DNA from: Balanoglossus misakiensis
Lineage: Eukaryota > Animalia > Hemichordata
Reading direction: 5' to 3'
Assembly: GCA_040954595.2 (NCBI GenBank)
Contig: CM082584.2
Location: forward strand, 1,891,344-1,955,343
Length of the DNA stretch: 64,000 nucleotides
A model generated the notes under the pieces. It made no database searches. It was not told where the DNA came from and saw only the letters and a program-made list of their open reading frames with translations. The translations under genes were made by a program, and so were the position numbers. This document shows positions 28,601-41,000 of this stretch, in pieces (the first letter of the stretch is position 1; each line of letters opens with the position of its first letter).

Positions 28601-31600
28601 GCAATGTCAAAGTACAGTGCTTTTGGACACGTATTAACCCACAGATTTTTCAACAACCTGAAATCCTCATATGCATTTAATACCCATGTCAAAGTGAAGT
28701 GTTTGCATTACTATCTACCCTGATGCATCATAAAGCTTGCTACGCCATATACCCTGATGCAAAGAATCAGATTCAATGTCATCGTTGCATTAGCAATGTC
28801 AAATTATAGTGCTTTTGGACACGTATTAACCCAGGGATTTATCATCAACTTGAAATCCCCATATGCATTTAATACCAATGTCAAAGTGAAGTGATTGCAT
28901 CACTATCTACTCTGATGCATCATAAACCTTGCTTCGCCATTTGCCATGATGCAAAGAATCAGATTCAATGTCATCGTTCCATTAGCAATGTCAAATTAGA
29001 GTGCTTTTGGCCACGTATTAACCTATGGATTTACATTTAACATTAAATACCCATGTGAAAGTGCAGAGTTTGCATCACCATCTACTCTGATGCATAATTG
29101 AGCTTGCTTCGCCATTTGCCCTAATGCAAAGAATCCCATTCAATGTCACCATTGCATATGCAATGTCAAAGTACAGTGCTTTCCGCCACATATTAACCCA
29201 GGGATTTACAGACAACTTTAAATCCCCCTGTAGGCATTTTATACCCATGTCAAAGTGCAGAGCTTGCATTACTATCTACCCTGATGCATAATCAACCTTG
29301 CTTCGCCATTTACCCTGATGCAAAGAATCAGATTCAATGTCATCGTTGCATTAGCAATGTCAAAGTACAGTGCTTTTGGACACGTATTAACCCAGGGATT
29401 TACAGACAACTTTAAATCCCCCTGTAGGCATTTTATACACATGTCAAAGTGAAGGGCTTGCATCACTATCTACCCTGATGCATAATCAACCTTGCTTCGC
29501 CATTTACCCTGATGCAAAGAATCAGATTCAATGTCATCATTGCATTAGCAATGTCAAAGTACAGTGCTTTTCGACACGTATTAACCCACAGATTTTTCAA
29601 CAACCTGAAATCCCCATATGCATTTAATACCCATGTCAAAGTGAAGTGTTTGCATCACTATCTACCCTGATGCATCATAAAGCTTGCTACGCCATTTACC
29701 CTGATGCAAAGAATCCGATTCAATGTCATCGTTACATTAGCAATGTCAAAGTACAGTGCTTTTGGACACGTATTAACCCAGGGATTTATCATCAACTTGA
29801 AATCCCCATATGCATTTAATACCCATGTCAAAGTGAAGTGATTGCATCACTATCTACCCTGATGCATCATCAACCTTGCTTCGCCATTTGCCCAGATGCA
29901 AAGAATCAGATTCAATGTCATTGTTGCATTAGCAATGTCAAATTAGAGTGCTTTTGGCCACGTATTAACCTATGGATTTACATTTAACATTAAATACCCA
30001 TGTGAAAGTGCAGAGTTTGCATCACCATCTACCCTGATGCATAATTGAGCTTGCTTCGCCATTTGCCCTAATGCAAAGAATCCCATTCAATGTCACCATT
30101 GCATATGCAATGTCAAAGTACAGTGCTTTCCGCCACATATTAACCCAGGGATTTACAGACAACTTTAAATCCCCCTGTAGGCATTTTATACCCATGTCAA
30201 AGTGCAGAGCTTGCATCACTATCTACCCTGATGCATAATCAACCTTGCTTCGCCATTTACCCTGATGCAAAGAATCAGATTCAATGTCATCGTTGCATTA
30301 GCAATGTCAAAGTACAGTGCTTTTGGACACGTATTAACCCAGGGATTTACAGACAACTTTAAATCCCCCTGTATGCATTTTATACACATGTCAAAGTGAA
30401 GGGCTTGCATCACTATCTACCCTGATGCATAATCAACCTTGCTTCGCCATTTACCCTGATGCAAAGAATCAGATTCAATGTCATCATTGCATTAGCAATG
30501 TCAAAGTACAGTGCTTTTCGACACGTATTAACCCACAGATTTTTCAACAACCTGAAATCCCCATATGCATTTAATACCCATGTCAAAGTGAAGTGTTTGC
30601 ATCACTATCTACCCTGATGCATCATAAAGCTTGCTACGCCATTTACCCTGATGCAAAGAATCAGATTCAATGTCATCGTTACATTAGCAATGTCAAAGTA
30701 CAGTGCTTTTGGACACGTATTAACCCAGGGATTTATCATCAACTTGAAATCCCCATATGCATTTAATACCCATGTCAAAGTGAAGTGATTGCATCACTAT
30801 CTACCCTGATGCATCATCAACCTTGCTTCGCCATTTGCCCAGATGCAAAGAATCAGATTCAATGTCATCGTTGCATTAGCAATGTCAAATTAGAGTGCTT
30901 TTGGCCACGTATTAACCTATGGATTTACATTTAACATTAAATACCCATGTGAAAGTGCAGAGTTTGCATCACCATCTACTCTGATGCATCATTGAGCTTG
31001 CTTCGCCATTTGCCCTAATGCAAAGAATCCCATTCAATGTCACCATTGCATATGCAATGTCAAAGTACAGTGCTTTCAGCCACGTATTAACCCAGGGATT
31101 TACAGACAACTTTAAATCCCCCTGTAGGCATTTTATACCCATGTCAAAGTGAAGTGTTTGCATCACTATCTACCCTGATGCGTCATAAAGCTTGCTACGC
31201 CATTTACCCTGATGCAAAGAATCAGATTCAATGTCATCGTTGCATTAGCAATGTCAAAGTACAGTGCTTTTGGACACGTATTAACCCACAGATTTTTCAA
31301 CAACCTGAAATCCCCATATGCATTTAATACCCATGTCAAAGTGAAGTGTTTGCATCACTATCTACCCTGATGCATCATAAAGCTTGCTACGCCATATACC
31401 CTGATGCAAAGAATCAGATTCAATGTCATCGTTGCATTAGCAATGTCAAAGTACAGTGCTTTTGGACATGTATTAACCCAGGGATTTATCATCATCTTGA
31501 AATCCCCATATGCATTTAATACCAATGTCAAAGTGAAGTGATTGCATCACTATCTACCCTGATGCATCATAAAGCTTGCTACGCCATATACCCTGATGCA

Positions 31601-34600
31601 AAGAATCAGATTCAATGTCATCGTTGCATTAGCAATGTCAAAGTACAGTGCTTTTGGACATGTATTAACCCAGGGATTTATCATCATCTTGAAATCCCCA
31701 TATGCATTTAATACCAATGTCAAAGTGAAGTGATTGCATCACTATCTACCCTGATGCAATATAAAGCTTGCTACGCCATTTACCCTGATGCAAAGAAACA
31801 GATTCAATGTCATCGTTACATTAGCAATGTCAAAGTACAGTGCTTTTGGACACGTATTAACCCAGGGATTTATCATCAACTTGAAATCCCCATATGCATT
31901 TAATACCCATGTCAAAGTTAAGTGATTGCATCACTATCTACCCTGATGCATCATCAACCTTGCTTCGCCATTTGCCCTGATGCAAAGAATCAGATTCAAT
32001 GTCATCGTTCCATTAGCAATGTCAAATTAGAGTGCTTTTGGCCACGTATTAACCTATGGATTTATATTTAACATTAAATACCCATGTGAAAGTGCAGAGT
32101 TTGCATCACCATCTACTCTGATGCATCATTGAGCTTGCTTCGCCATTTGCCCTAATGCAAAGAATCCCATTCAATGTCACCATTGCATATGCAATGTCAA
32201 AGTACAGTGCTTTCAGCCACGTATTAACCCAGGGATTTACAGACAACTTTAAATCCCCCTGTAGGCATTTTATACCCATGTCAAAGTGAAGTGTTTGCAT
32301 CACTATCTACCCTGATGCGTCATAAAGCTTGCTACGCCATTTACCCTGATGCAAAGAATCAGATTCAATGTCATCGTTGCATTAGCAATGTCAAAGTACA
32401 GTGCTTTTGGACACGTATTAACCCAGGGATTTATCATCAACTTGAAATCCCCATATGCATTTAATACCAATGTCAAAGTGAAGTGATTGCATCACTATCT
32501 ACTCTGATGCATCATTGAGCTTGCTTCGCCATTTGCCCTAATGCAAAGAATCCCATTCAATGTCACCATTGCATATGCAATGTCAAAGTACAGTACTTTC
32601 CGCCACGTATTAACCCAGGGATTTACAGACAACTTTAAATCCCCCCGTAGGCATTTTATGGCCATGTCAAAGTGCAGAGCTTGCATCACTATCTACCCTG
32701 ATGCTTCATCAACCTTGCTTCGCCATTTACCCTGATGCAAAGAATCAGATTCAATGTCATCGCTGCATTATCAATGTCAAAGTACAGTGTTTTTGGACAC
32801 GTAATAACCCAGGGATTTACAGACAACATTAAATCCCCCTGTAGGCATTTTATACCCATGTCAAAGTGAAGTGTTTGCATCACTATCTACCCTGATGCAT
32901 CATAAAGCTTGCTACGCCATTTACCCTGATGCAAAGAATCAGATTCAATGTTATCGTTGCATTAGCAATGTCAAAGTACAGTGCTTTTGGACACGTATTA
33001 ACCCACAGATTTTTCAACAACCTGAAATCCCCATATGCATTTAATTCCCATGTCAAAGTTAAGTGTTTGCATCACTATCTACCCTGATGCATCATAAAGC
33101 TTGCTACGCCCTTTACCCTGATGCAAAGAATCAGATTCAATGTCATCGTTGCATTAGCAATGTCAAAGTACAGTGCTTTTGGACACGTATTAACCCAGGG
33201 ATTTATCATCAACTTGAAATCCCCATATGCATTTAATACCCTTGTCAAAGTGAAGTGATTGCATCACTATCTACCCTGATGCATCATCAACCTTGCTTCG
33301 CCATTTACCCTGATGCAAAGAATCAGACTCAATGTCATCGTTGCATTAGCAATGTCAAATTAGAGTGCTTTTGGCCACGTATTAACCTATGGATTTACAT
33401 TTAACATTAAATACCCATGTGAAAGTGCAGAGTTTGCATCACCATCTACTCTGATGCATCATTGAGCTTGCTTCGCCATTTGCCCTAATGCAAAGAATCC
33501 CATTCAATGTCACCATTGCATATGCAATGTCAAAGTACAGTGCTTTCAGCCACGTATTAACCCAGGGATTTACAGACAACTTTAAATCCCCCTGTAGGCA
33601 TTTTATACCCATGTCAAAGTGCAGAGCTTGCATCACTATCTACCCTGATGCTTCATCAACCTTGCTTCGCCATTTACCCTGATGCAAAGAATCAGATTCA
33701 ATGTCATCGCTGCATTAGCAATGTCAAAGTACAGTGCTTTTGGACACGTATTAACCCAGGGATTTACAGACAACTTTAAATCCCCCTGTAGGCATTTTAT
33801 ACCCATGTCAAAGTGAAGTGTTTGCATCACTATCTACCCTGATGCGTCATAAAGCTTGCTACGACATTTACCCTGATGCAAAGAGTCAGATTCAATGTCA
33901 TCGTTGCATTAGCAATGTCAAAGTACAGTGCTTTTGGACACGTATTAACCCACAGATTTTTCAACAACCTGAAATCCCCATGTGCATTTAATACCCATGT
34001 CAAAGTGAAGTGATTGCATCACTATCTACCCTGATGCATCATCAACCTTGCTTCGCCATTTGCCCAGATGCAAAGAATCAGATTCAATGTCATCGTTGCA
34101 TTAGCAATGTCAAAGTACAGTGCTTTTGGACACGTATTAACCCACAGATTTTTCAACAACCTGAAATCCCCATATGCATTTAATACCCATGTCAAAGTGA
34201 AGTGTTTGCATCACTATCTACCCTGATGCATCATAAAGCTTGCTACACCATTTACCCTGATGCAAAGAATCAGATTCAATGTCATCGTTGCATTAGCAAT
34301 GTCAAAGTACAGTGCTTTTGGACACGTATTAACCCAGGGATTTATCATCAATTTGAAATCCCCATATGCATTTAATACCAATGTCAAAGTGAAGTGATTG
34401 CATCACTATCTACCCTGATGCATCATCAACCTTGCTTCGCCATTTGCCCTGATGCAAAGAATCAGATTCAATGTCATTGTTCCATTAGCAATGTCAAATT
34501 AGAGTGCTTTTGGCCACGTATTAACCTATGGATTTACATTTAACATTAAATACCCATGTGAAAGTGCAGAGTTTGCATCACCATCTACTCTGATGCATCA

Positions 34601-35802
34601 TTGAGCTTGCTTCGCCATTTGCCCTAATGCAAAGAATCCCATTCAATGTCACCATTGCATATGCAATGTCAAAGTACAGTGCTTTCCGCCACGTATTAAC
34701 CCAGGGATTTACAGACAACTTTAAATCCCCCCGTAGGCATTTTATGGCCATGTCAAAGTGCAGAGCTTGCATCACTATCTACCCTGATGCTTCATCAACC
34801 TTGCTTCGCCATTTACCCTGATGCAAAGAATCAGATTCAATGTCATCGCTGCATTATCAATGTCAAAGTACAGTGTTTTTGGACACGTAATAACCCAGGG
34901 ATTTACAGACAACATTAAATCCCCCTGTAGGCATTTTATACCCATGTCAAAGTGAAGTGTTTGCATCACTATCTACCCTGATGCATCATAAAGCTTGCTA
35001 CGCCATTTACCCTGATGCAAAGAATCAGATTCAATGTTATCGTTGCATTAGCAATGTCAAAGTACAGTGCTTTTGGACACGTATTAACCCACAGATTTTT
35101 CAACAACCTGAAATCCCCATATGCATTTAATACCCATGTCAAAGTTAAGTGTTTGCATCACTATCTACCCTGATGCATCATAAAGCTTGCTACGCCCTTT
35201 ACCCTGATGCAAAGAATCAGATTCAATGTCATCGTTGCATTAGCAATGTCAAAGTACAGTGCTTTTGGACACGTATTAACCCAGGGATTTATCATCAACT
35301 TGAAATCCCCATATGCATTTAATACCCTTGTCAAAGTGAAGTGATTGCATCACTATCTACCCTGATGCATCATCAACCTTGCTTCGCCATTTACCCTGAT
35401 GCAAAGAATCAGACTCAATGTCATCGTTGCATTAGCAATGTCAAATTAGAGTGCTTTTGGCCACGTATTAACCTATGGATTTACATTTAACATTAAATAC
35501 CCATGTGAAAGTGCAGAGTTTGCATCACCATCTACTCTGATGCATCATTGAGCTTGCTTCGCCATTTGCCCTAATGCAAAGAATCCCATTCAATGTCACC
35601 ATTGCATATGCAATGTCAAAGTACAGTGCTTTCAGCCACGTATTAACCCAGGGATTTACAGACAACTTTAAATCCCCCTGTAGGCATTTTATACCCATGT
35701 CAAAGTGAAGTGATTGCATCACTATCTACTCTGATGCATCATAAACCTTGCTTCGCCATTTGCCATGATGCAAAGAATCAGATTCAATGTCATCGTTCCA
35801 TT
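1..35802. repeat. Satellite DNA array (left part); 175/192/194-bp monomers in higher-order repeats
   Basis: Continuous head-to-tail monomers starting GCATCACTATCTACCCTGATGCATC. There are four tail variants: ...ACAGACAACTTTAAATCCCCCTGTAGG (194 bp), ...TTTTCAACAACCTGAAATCC (192), ...ATCATCAACTTGAAATCC (192) and ...TACATTTAACATTAAATACC (175). ORF-track spacings of 194, 947 and 1141 bp match 194+194+192+192+175=947. Confidence 0.98.
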
Positions 35803-36125
35803 TGTAAATGTACTACGCCAGACAAAGGAAGTAGGAAGAAGGAAGATTTAATGCAAATAAAACAAGGCGAAAAGCCCCAACAAAAAGAGACAAATGTCTA
35901 CCAAAGCAAGCGCAAGAACAAAAGGCAATAAATAAAAAACAAACCTATCTATCTAATACAGTAAGTTGCAAACTAACTACCTAAAAACTGGTTGGGCAGG
36001 GGCCCCTTCGGTTCCGCTCCCGTGGCATGGGCGAACGAGAAAACCATGCTGCAGAAACCGTGGTAGGCCAGGCACTAGGTGGTGACCTATGGCACGAAAT
36101 GGGGGGCAGGATGTAATCCATAGCC
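35801..36125 (-). repeat. Split direct repeat B2 (3' terminal)
   Basis: Matches 36425-36750 except for one A in a homopolymer (CTAAAAACTGG vs CTAAAAAACTGG). Confidence 0.93.
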
Positions 36126-36179
36126 ACACCAGAGAGCCGGACCAAAGGGACAAAGGTGGTGAAAGGGGATGGTGGCGGG

Positions 36180-36426
36180 ATGCAGAGAGAGAATAGCTGG
36201 GTTGTCGCACTGACGCGGACAAAGACGCTAACTGAGGAGATTGAGAGAGCAATTAGAGGATAAGACAAAGGATATGCAAATGAGTAGAGGGGGGACGCCA
36301 GGTGACGAGTGCAAAAGAAGGGGGAAGGAAAGACAAAGGAAGAAGAGATAGGGAAGGCAGGGGAGCCATAAGGGGAAGGCTTCATACATTTACAAACCCA
36401 ATCTGTGATATCACAGATTGTTATTT
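36180..36426 (-). repeat. Split direct repeat A2
   Basis: Matches 37778-38024 with one substitution seen (GAGATAGGGAAG vs GAGATATGGAAG). Confidence 0.93.
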
Positions 36427-36436
36427 TGTAAATGTA
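36385..36436. other. Palindromic B1/A2 junction; putative recombinase attachment site
   Basis: TACATTTACAAA-CC-CAATCTGTGATATCACAGATTG-TTAT-TTTGTAAATGTA: a perfect 22-bp palindrome (36399-36420) nested within a 12-bp inverted repeat. Confidence 0.7.
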
Positions 36437-36750
36437 CTACGCCAGACAAAGGAAGTAGGAAGAAGGAAGATTTAATGCAAATAAAACAAGGCGAAAAGCC
36501 CCAACAAAAAGAGACAAATGTCTACCAAAGCAAGCGCAAGAACAAAAGGCAATAAATAAAAAACAAACCTATCTATCTAATACAGTAAGTTGCAAACTAA
36601 CTACCTAAAAAACTGGTTGGGCAGGGGCCCCTTCGGTTCCGCTCCCGTGGCATGGGCGAACGAGAAAACCATGCTGCAGAAACCGTGGTAGGCCAGGCAC
36701 TAGGTGGTGACCTATGGCACGAAATGGGGGGCAGGATGTAATCCATAGCC
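36425..36750 (-). repeat. Split direct repeat B1
   Basis: Copy of 35801-36125. It abuts A2 and so reproduces the end-to-start (circle) junction. Confidence 0.93.
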
Positions 36751-36816
36751 CAAACTGAGGTTGTGGGAAGCATGACCGAAGTGACCCCCATGAGATGTTA
36801 GTAGGTTGGTAGGTGA

Positions 36817-36984
36817 CCATTGGAGGCGTAGTGCGGCCCAATGGGTTGGGTCCTGGGGGACAGACGTGGTCTGGTCGGCCCAGGTGGATGCAGGTATGGG
36901 GGAATCCATTGGAGGCACCGGAAGTAGTGCGGTCCAATGGTGGGGGTCCTGGGGGACGGACGGTGTCGAGTCGGCCCAGGTGGA
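36817..36984. repeat. Imperfect two-copy direct repeat (~90-96 bp period) in the element's 3' region
   Basis: CCATTGGAGGC..GTAGTGCGG(C/T)CCAATGG..GGGTCCTGGGGGAC..GTCGGCCCAGGTGGA occurs twice. It translates as STWADSTPSVPQDPHHW / STWADQTTSVPQDPTHW in ORF 36712-37086. Confidence 0.75.
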
Positions 36985-37118
36985 AGGCAAAATGAGCTGT
37001 GAGTTGTGGCTCACAGTTGGAACTCCAATGGAAGCCAGGGATTGGTGCAGAGGGTACCCGAGGGAGTACCGGCCTGCGTGGCTCACACTGGGGTTAGTAA
37101 GGGGGAGACGGAAGTAGA

Positions 37119-37415
37119 CTACTGAAAGGCCAAAGCTCTAAAGGCAGAACGCAAAAGTCCTTCGGGCGTTCTAATATATCTACGGTAACAGTCACTAGAC
37201 CACCTGCCGAGAGTCTGAATAAGGTGGTCTGGGAGATGGGCACTGGCTGCTGAAGTGGCTGCACCGATGCGGAAAGAGTGGCCAGCGAAGTGTTGAGGAT
37301 GCAGGCCCAAGCGCGACAACAGCAAGCGGAGACTAGATGTGAAGGTTGAGCGGTCGAGTGCCACTCTTTCAGGTAACAGGAAAAACGGCTCCGTTGGGGT
37401 GCAGCTGTGCGTCCT
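37119..37415 (-). pseudogene. Tyrosine recombinase (phage-integrase fold) C-terminal fragment, DIRS/Ngaro type
   Basis: The frame reads RTHSCTPTEPFFLLPERVALDRSTFTSSLRLLLSRLGLHPQHFAGHSFRIGAATSAASAHLPDHLIQTLGRWSSDCYRRYIRTP. It has the HxxR, GRW and catalytic Y motifs typical of DIRS/Ngaro YRs. The N-terminal part with the first catalytic Arg is missing. Confidence 0.9.
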
Positions 37416-37723
37416 CGGCTGGCGCTCCTCTGCTGGACCGTCAGAGCGTCCGGATCCGTTACCAATCTTGACGACCCCGCTTGACCCATTTCGTCAGGGA
37501 CCTCATAAGGCTGACGCACCAACTGGTCCCCACCGGTCGCTAAAATTGGGCTGGTGTGATGGCCGGGACTCACCGCGTCCTGCGTCGCAAAACTTCCTGG
37601 AGCAGTGCGGGAACGGGTCACCGGCCGCTCATAAGGGGCCACTCTGGTTCCTCGACCTCGACCTCTGGGGGCCTGGACGGTAGCTCGGCCTCCAATCGAT
37701 GGTCTTTTACGGCGGGCTGGCAT
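37416..37723 (-). pseudogene. Probable 5' stub of gag-like ORF1 (start of the 209-aa ORF 37094-37723)
   Basis: First ATG shortly after A1, encoding a basic low-complexity N-terminus MPARRKRPSIGGRATVQAPRGRGRG. It runs on into the YR region in a different frame. Assigned by position only, and the deletion junction is approximate. Confidence 0.55.
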
Positions 37724-37777
37724 AATGCGTTGCGTTGAAGGGTTGAATAAAGTTGAGGTAAACGAGACAAAGAAAAA

Positions 37778-38024
37778 ATGCAGAGAGAGAATAGCTGGGT
37801 TGTCGCACTGACGCGGACAAAGACGCTAACTGAGGAGATTGAGAGAGCAATTAGAGGATAAGACAAAGGATATGCAAATGAGTAGAGGGGGGACGCCAGG
37901 TGACGAGTGCAAAAGAAGGGGGAAGGAAAGACAAAGGAAGAAGAGATATGGAAGGCAGGGGAGCCATAAGGGGAAGGCTTCATACATTTACAAACCCAAT
38001 CTGTGATATCACAGATTGTTATTT
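37778..38024 (-). repeat. Split direct repeat A1 (5' terminal)
   Basis: Copy of 36180-36426. It includes the 22-bp palindrome a few bases from the element end. Confidence 0.93.
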
Positions 38025-41000
38025 AGCAATGTCAAATTAGAGTGCTTTTGGCCACGTATTAACCTATGGATTTACATTTAACATTAAATACCCATGTGGA
38101 AGTGCAGAGTTTGCATCACCATCTACCCTGATGCATAATTGAGCTTGCTTCGCCATTTGCCCTAATGCAAAGAATCCCATTCAATGTCACCATTGCATAT
38201 GCAATGTCAAAGTACAGTGCTTTCCGCCACATATTAACCCAGGGATTTACAGACAACTTTAAATCCCCCTGTAGGCATTTTATACCCATGTCAAAGTGCA
38301 GAGCTTGCATCACTATCTACCCTGATGCATAATCAACCTTGCTTCGCCATTTACCCTGATGCAAAGAATCAGATTCAATGTCATCGTTGCATTAGCAATG
38401 TCAAAGTACAGTGCTTTTGGACACGTATTAACCCAGGGATTTACAGACAACTTTAAATCCCCCTGTATGCATTTTATACACATGTCAAAGTGAAGGGCTT
38501 GCATCACTATCTACCCTGATGCATAATCAACCTTGCTTCGCCATTTACCCTGATGCAAAGAATCAGATTCAATGTCATCATTGCATTAGCAATGTCAAAG
38601 TACAGTGCTTTTCGACACGTATTAACCCACAGATTTTTCAACAACCTGAAATCCCCATATGCATTTAATACCCATGTCAAAGTGAAGTGTTTGCATCACT
38701 ATCTACCCTGATGCATCATAAAGCTTGCTACGCCATTTACCCTGATGCAAAGAATCAGATTCAATGTCATCGTTACATTAGCAATGTCAAAGTACAGTGC
38801 TTTAGGACACGTATTAACCCAGGGATTTATCATCAACTTGAAATCCCCATATGCATTTAATACCCATGTCAAAGTGAAGTGATTGCATCACTATCTACCC
38901 TGATGCATCATCAACCTTGCTTCGCCATTTGCCCAGATGCAAAGAATCAGATTCAATGTCATCGTTGCATTAGCAATGTCAAATTAGAGTGCTTTTGGCC
39001 ACGTATTAACCTATGGATTTACATTTAACATTAAATACCCATGTGAAAGTGCAGAGTTTGCATCACCATCTACTCTGATGCATCATTGAGCTTGCTTCGC
39101 CATTTGCCCTAATGCAAAGAATCCCATTCAATGTCACCATTGCATATGCAATGTCAAAGTACAGTGCTTTCAGCCACGTATTAACCCAGGGATTTACAGA
39201 CAACTTTAAATCCCCCTGTAGGCATTTTATACCCATGTCAAAGTGAAGTGTTTGCATCACTATCTACCCTGATGCGTCATAAAGCTTGCTACGCCATTTA
39301 CCCTGATGCAAAGAATCAGATTCAATGTCATCGTTGCATTAGCAATGTCAAAGTACAGTGCTTTTGGACACGTATTAACCCACAGATTTTTCAACAACCT
39401 GAAATCCCCATATGCATTTAATACCCATGTCAAAGTGAAGTGTTTGCATCACTATCTACCCTGATGCATCATAAAGCTTGCTACGCCATATACCCTGATG
39501 CAAAGAATCAGATTCAATGTCATCGTTGCATTAGCAATGTCAAAGTACAGTGCTTTTGGACATGTATTAACCCAGGGATTTATCATCATCTTGAAATCTC
39601 CATATGCATTTAATACCAATGTCAAAGTGAAGTGATTGCATCACTATCTACCCTGATGCATCATCAACCTTGCTTCGCCATTTGCCCTGATGCAGAGAAT
39701 CAGATTCAATGTCATCGTTGCATTAGCAATGTCAAAGTACAGTGCTTTTGGACACGTATTAACCCAGGGATTTATCATCAACTTGAAATCCCCATATGCA
39801 TTTAATACCCATGTCAAAGTGAAGTGTTTGCATCACTATCTACCCTGATGCAATATAAAGCTTGCTACGCCATTTACCCTGATGCAAAGAAACAGATTCA
39901 ATGTCATCGTTACATTAGCAATGTCAAAGTACAGTGCTTTTGGACACGTATTAACCCAGGGATTTATCATCAACTTGAAATCCCCATATGCATTTAATAC
40001 CCATGTCAAAGTTAAGTGATTGCATCACTATCTACCCTGATGCATCATCAACCTTGCTTCGCCATTTGCCCTGATGCAAAGAATCAGATTCAATGTCATC
40101 GTTCCATTAGCAATGTCAAATTAGAGTGCTTTTGGCCACGTATTAACCTATGGATTTATATTTAACATTAAATACCCATGTGAAAGTGCAGAGTTTGCAT
40201 CACCATCTACTCTGATGCATCATTGAGCTTGCTTCGCCATTTGCCCTAATGCAAAGAATCCCATTCAATGTCACCATTGCATATGCAATGTCAAAGTACA
40301 GTGCTTTCAGCCACGTATTAACCCAGGGATTTACAGACAACTTTAAATCCCCCTGTAGGCATTTTATACCAATGTCAAAGTGAAGTGTTTGCATCACTAT
40401 CTACCCTGATGCGTCATAAAGCTTGCTACGCCATTTACCCTGATGCAAAGAATCAGATTCAATGTCATCGTTGCATTAGCAATGTCAAAGTACAGTGCTT
40501 TTGGACACGTATTAACCCAGGGATTTATCATCAACTTGAAATCCCCATATGCATTTAATACCAATGTCAAAGTGAAGTGATTGCATCACTATCTACTCTG
40601 ATGCATCATTGAGCTTGCTTCGCCATTTGCCCTAATGCAAAGAATCCCATTCAATGTCACCATTGCATATGCAATGTCAAAGTACAGTGCTTTCCGCCAC
40701 GTATTAACCCAGGGATTTACAGACAACATTAAATCCCCCCGTAGGCATTTTATACCCATGTCAAAGTGAAGTGTTTGCATCACTATCTACCCTGATGCAT
40801 CATAAAGCTTGCTACGCCATTTACCCTGATGCAAAGAATCAGATTCAATGTTATCGTTGCATTAGCAATGTCAAAGTACAGTGCTTTTGCACACGTATTA
40901 ACCCACAGATTTTTCAACAACCTGAAATCCCCATATGCATTTAATACCCATGTCAAAGTTAAGTGTTTGCATCACTATCTACCCTGATGCATCATAAAGC

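Larger units (their letters stand above)
35803..38024 (-). mobile_element. Non-autonomous tyrosine-recombinase retrotransposon (DIRS order, Ngaro/PAT-type split direct repeats), about 2222 bp, internally deleted
   Basis: On the minus strand the order is A1 - internal - B1 - A2 - 54 bp - B2. The internal part holds a YR C-terminus (GHSFRIGAAT...GRWSSDCYRRY). The satellite monomer resumes exactly across the element (CGTTCCATT|AGCAATGTC) with no TSD. No RT or RNase H is present. Confidence 0.92.

Noticed and set aside
35963-35973. AAGTTGCAAA shared between the retrotransposon B repeat and the 51-bp minisatellite
   Set aside because: A 10-bp AT-rich match with no extended similarity; likely chance.
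35710-36995. Short ORFs overlapping the A/B repeats (73-134 aa)
   Set aside because: They lie in or across non-coding terminal repeats, are low-complexity, and differ in frame between repeat copies.
35801-38024. LTR retrotransposon or DIRS1-type (inverted terminal repeat) interpretation
   Set aside because: There is no TSD or TG..CA LTR pair, and the repeats are split direct repeats rather than long ITRs with an internal complementary region.
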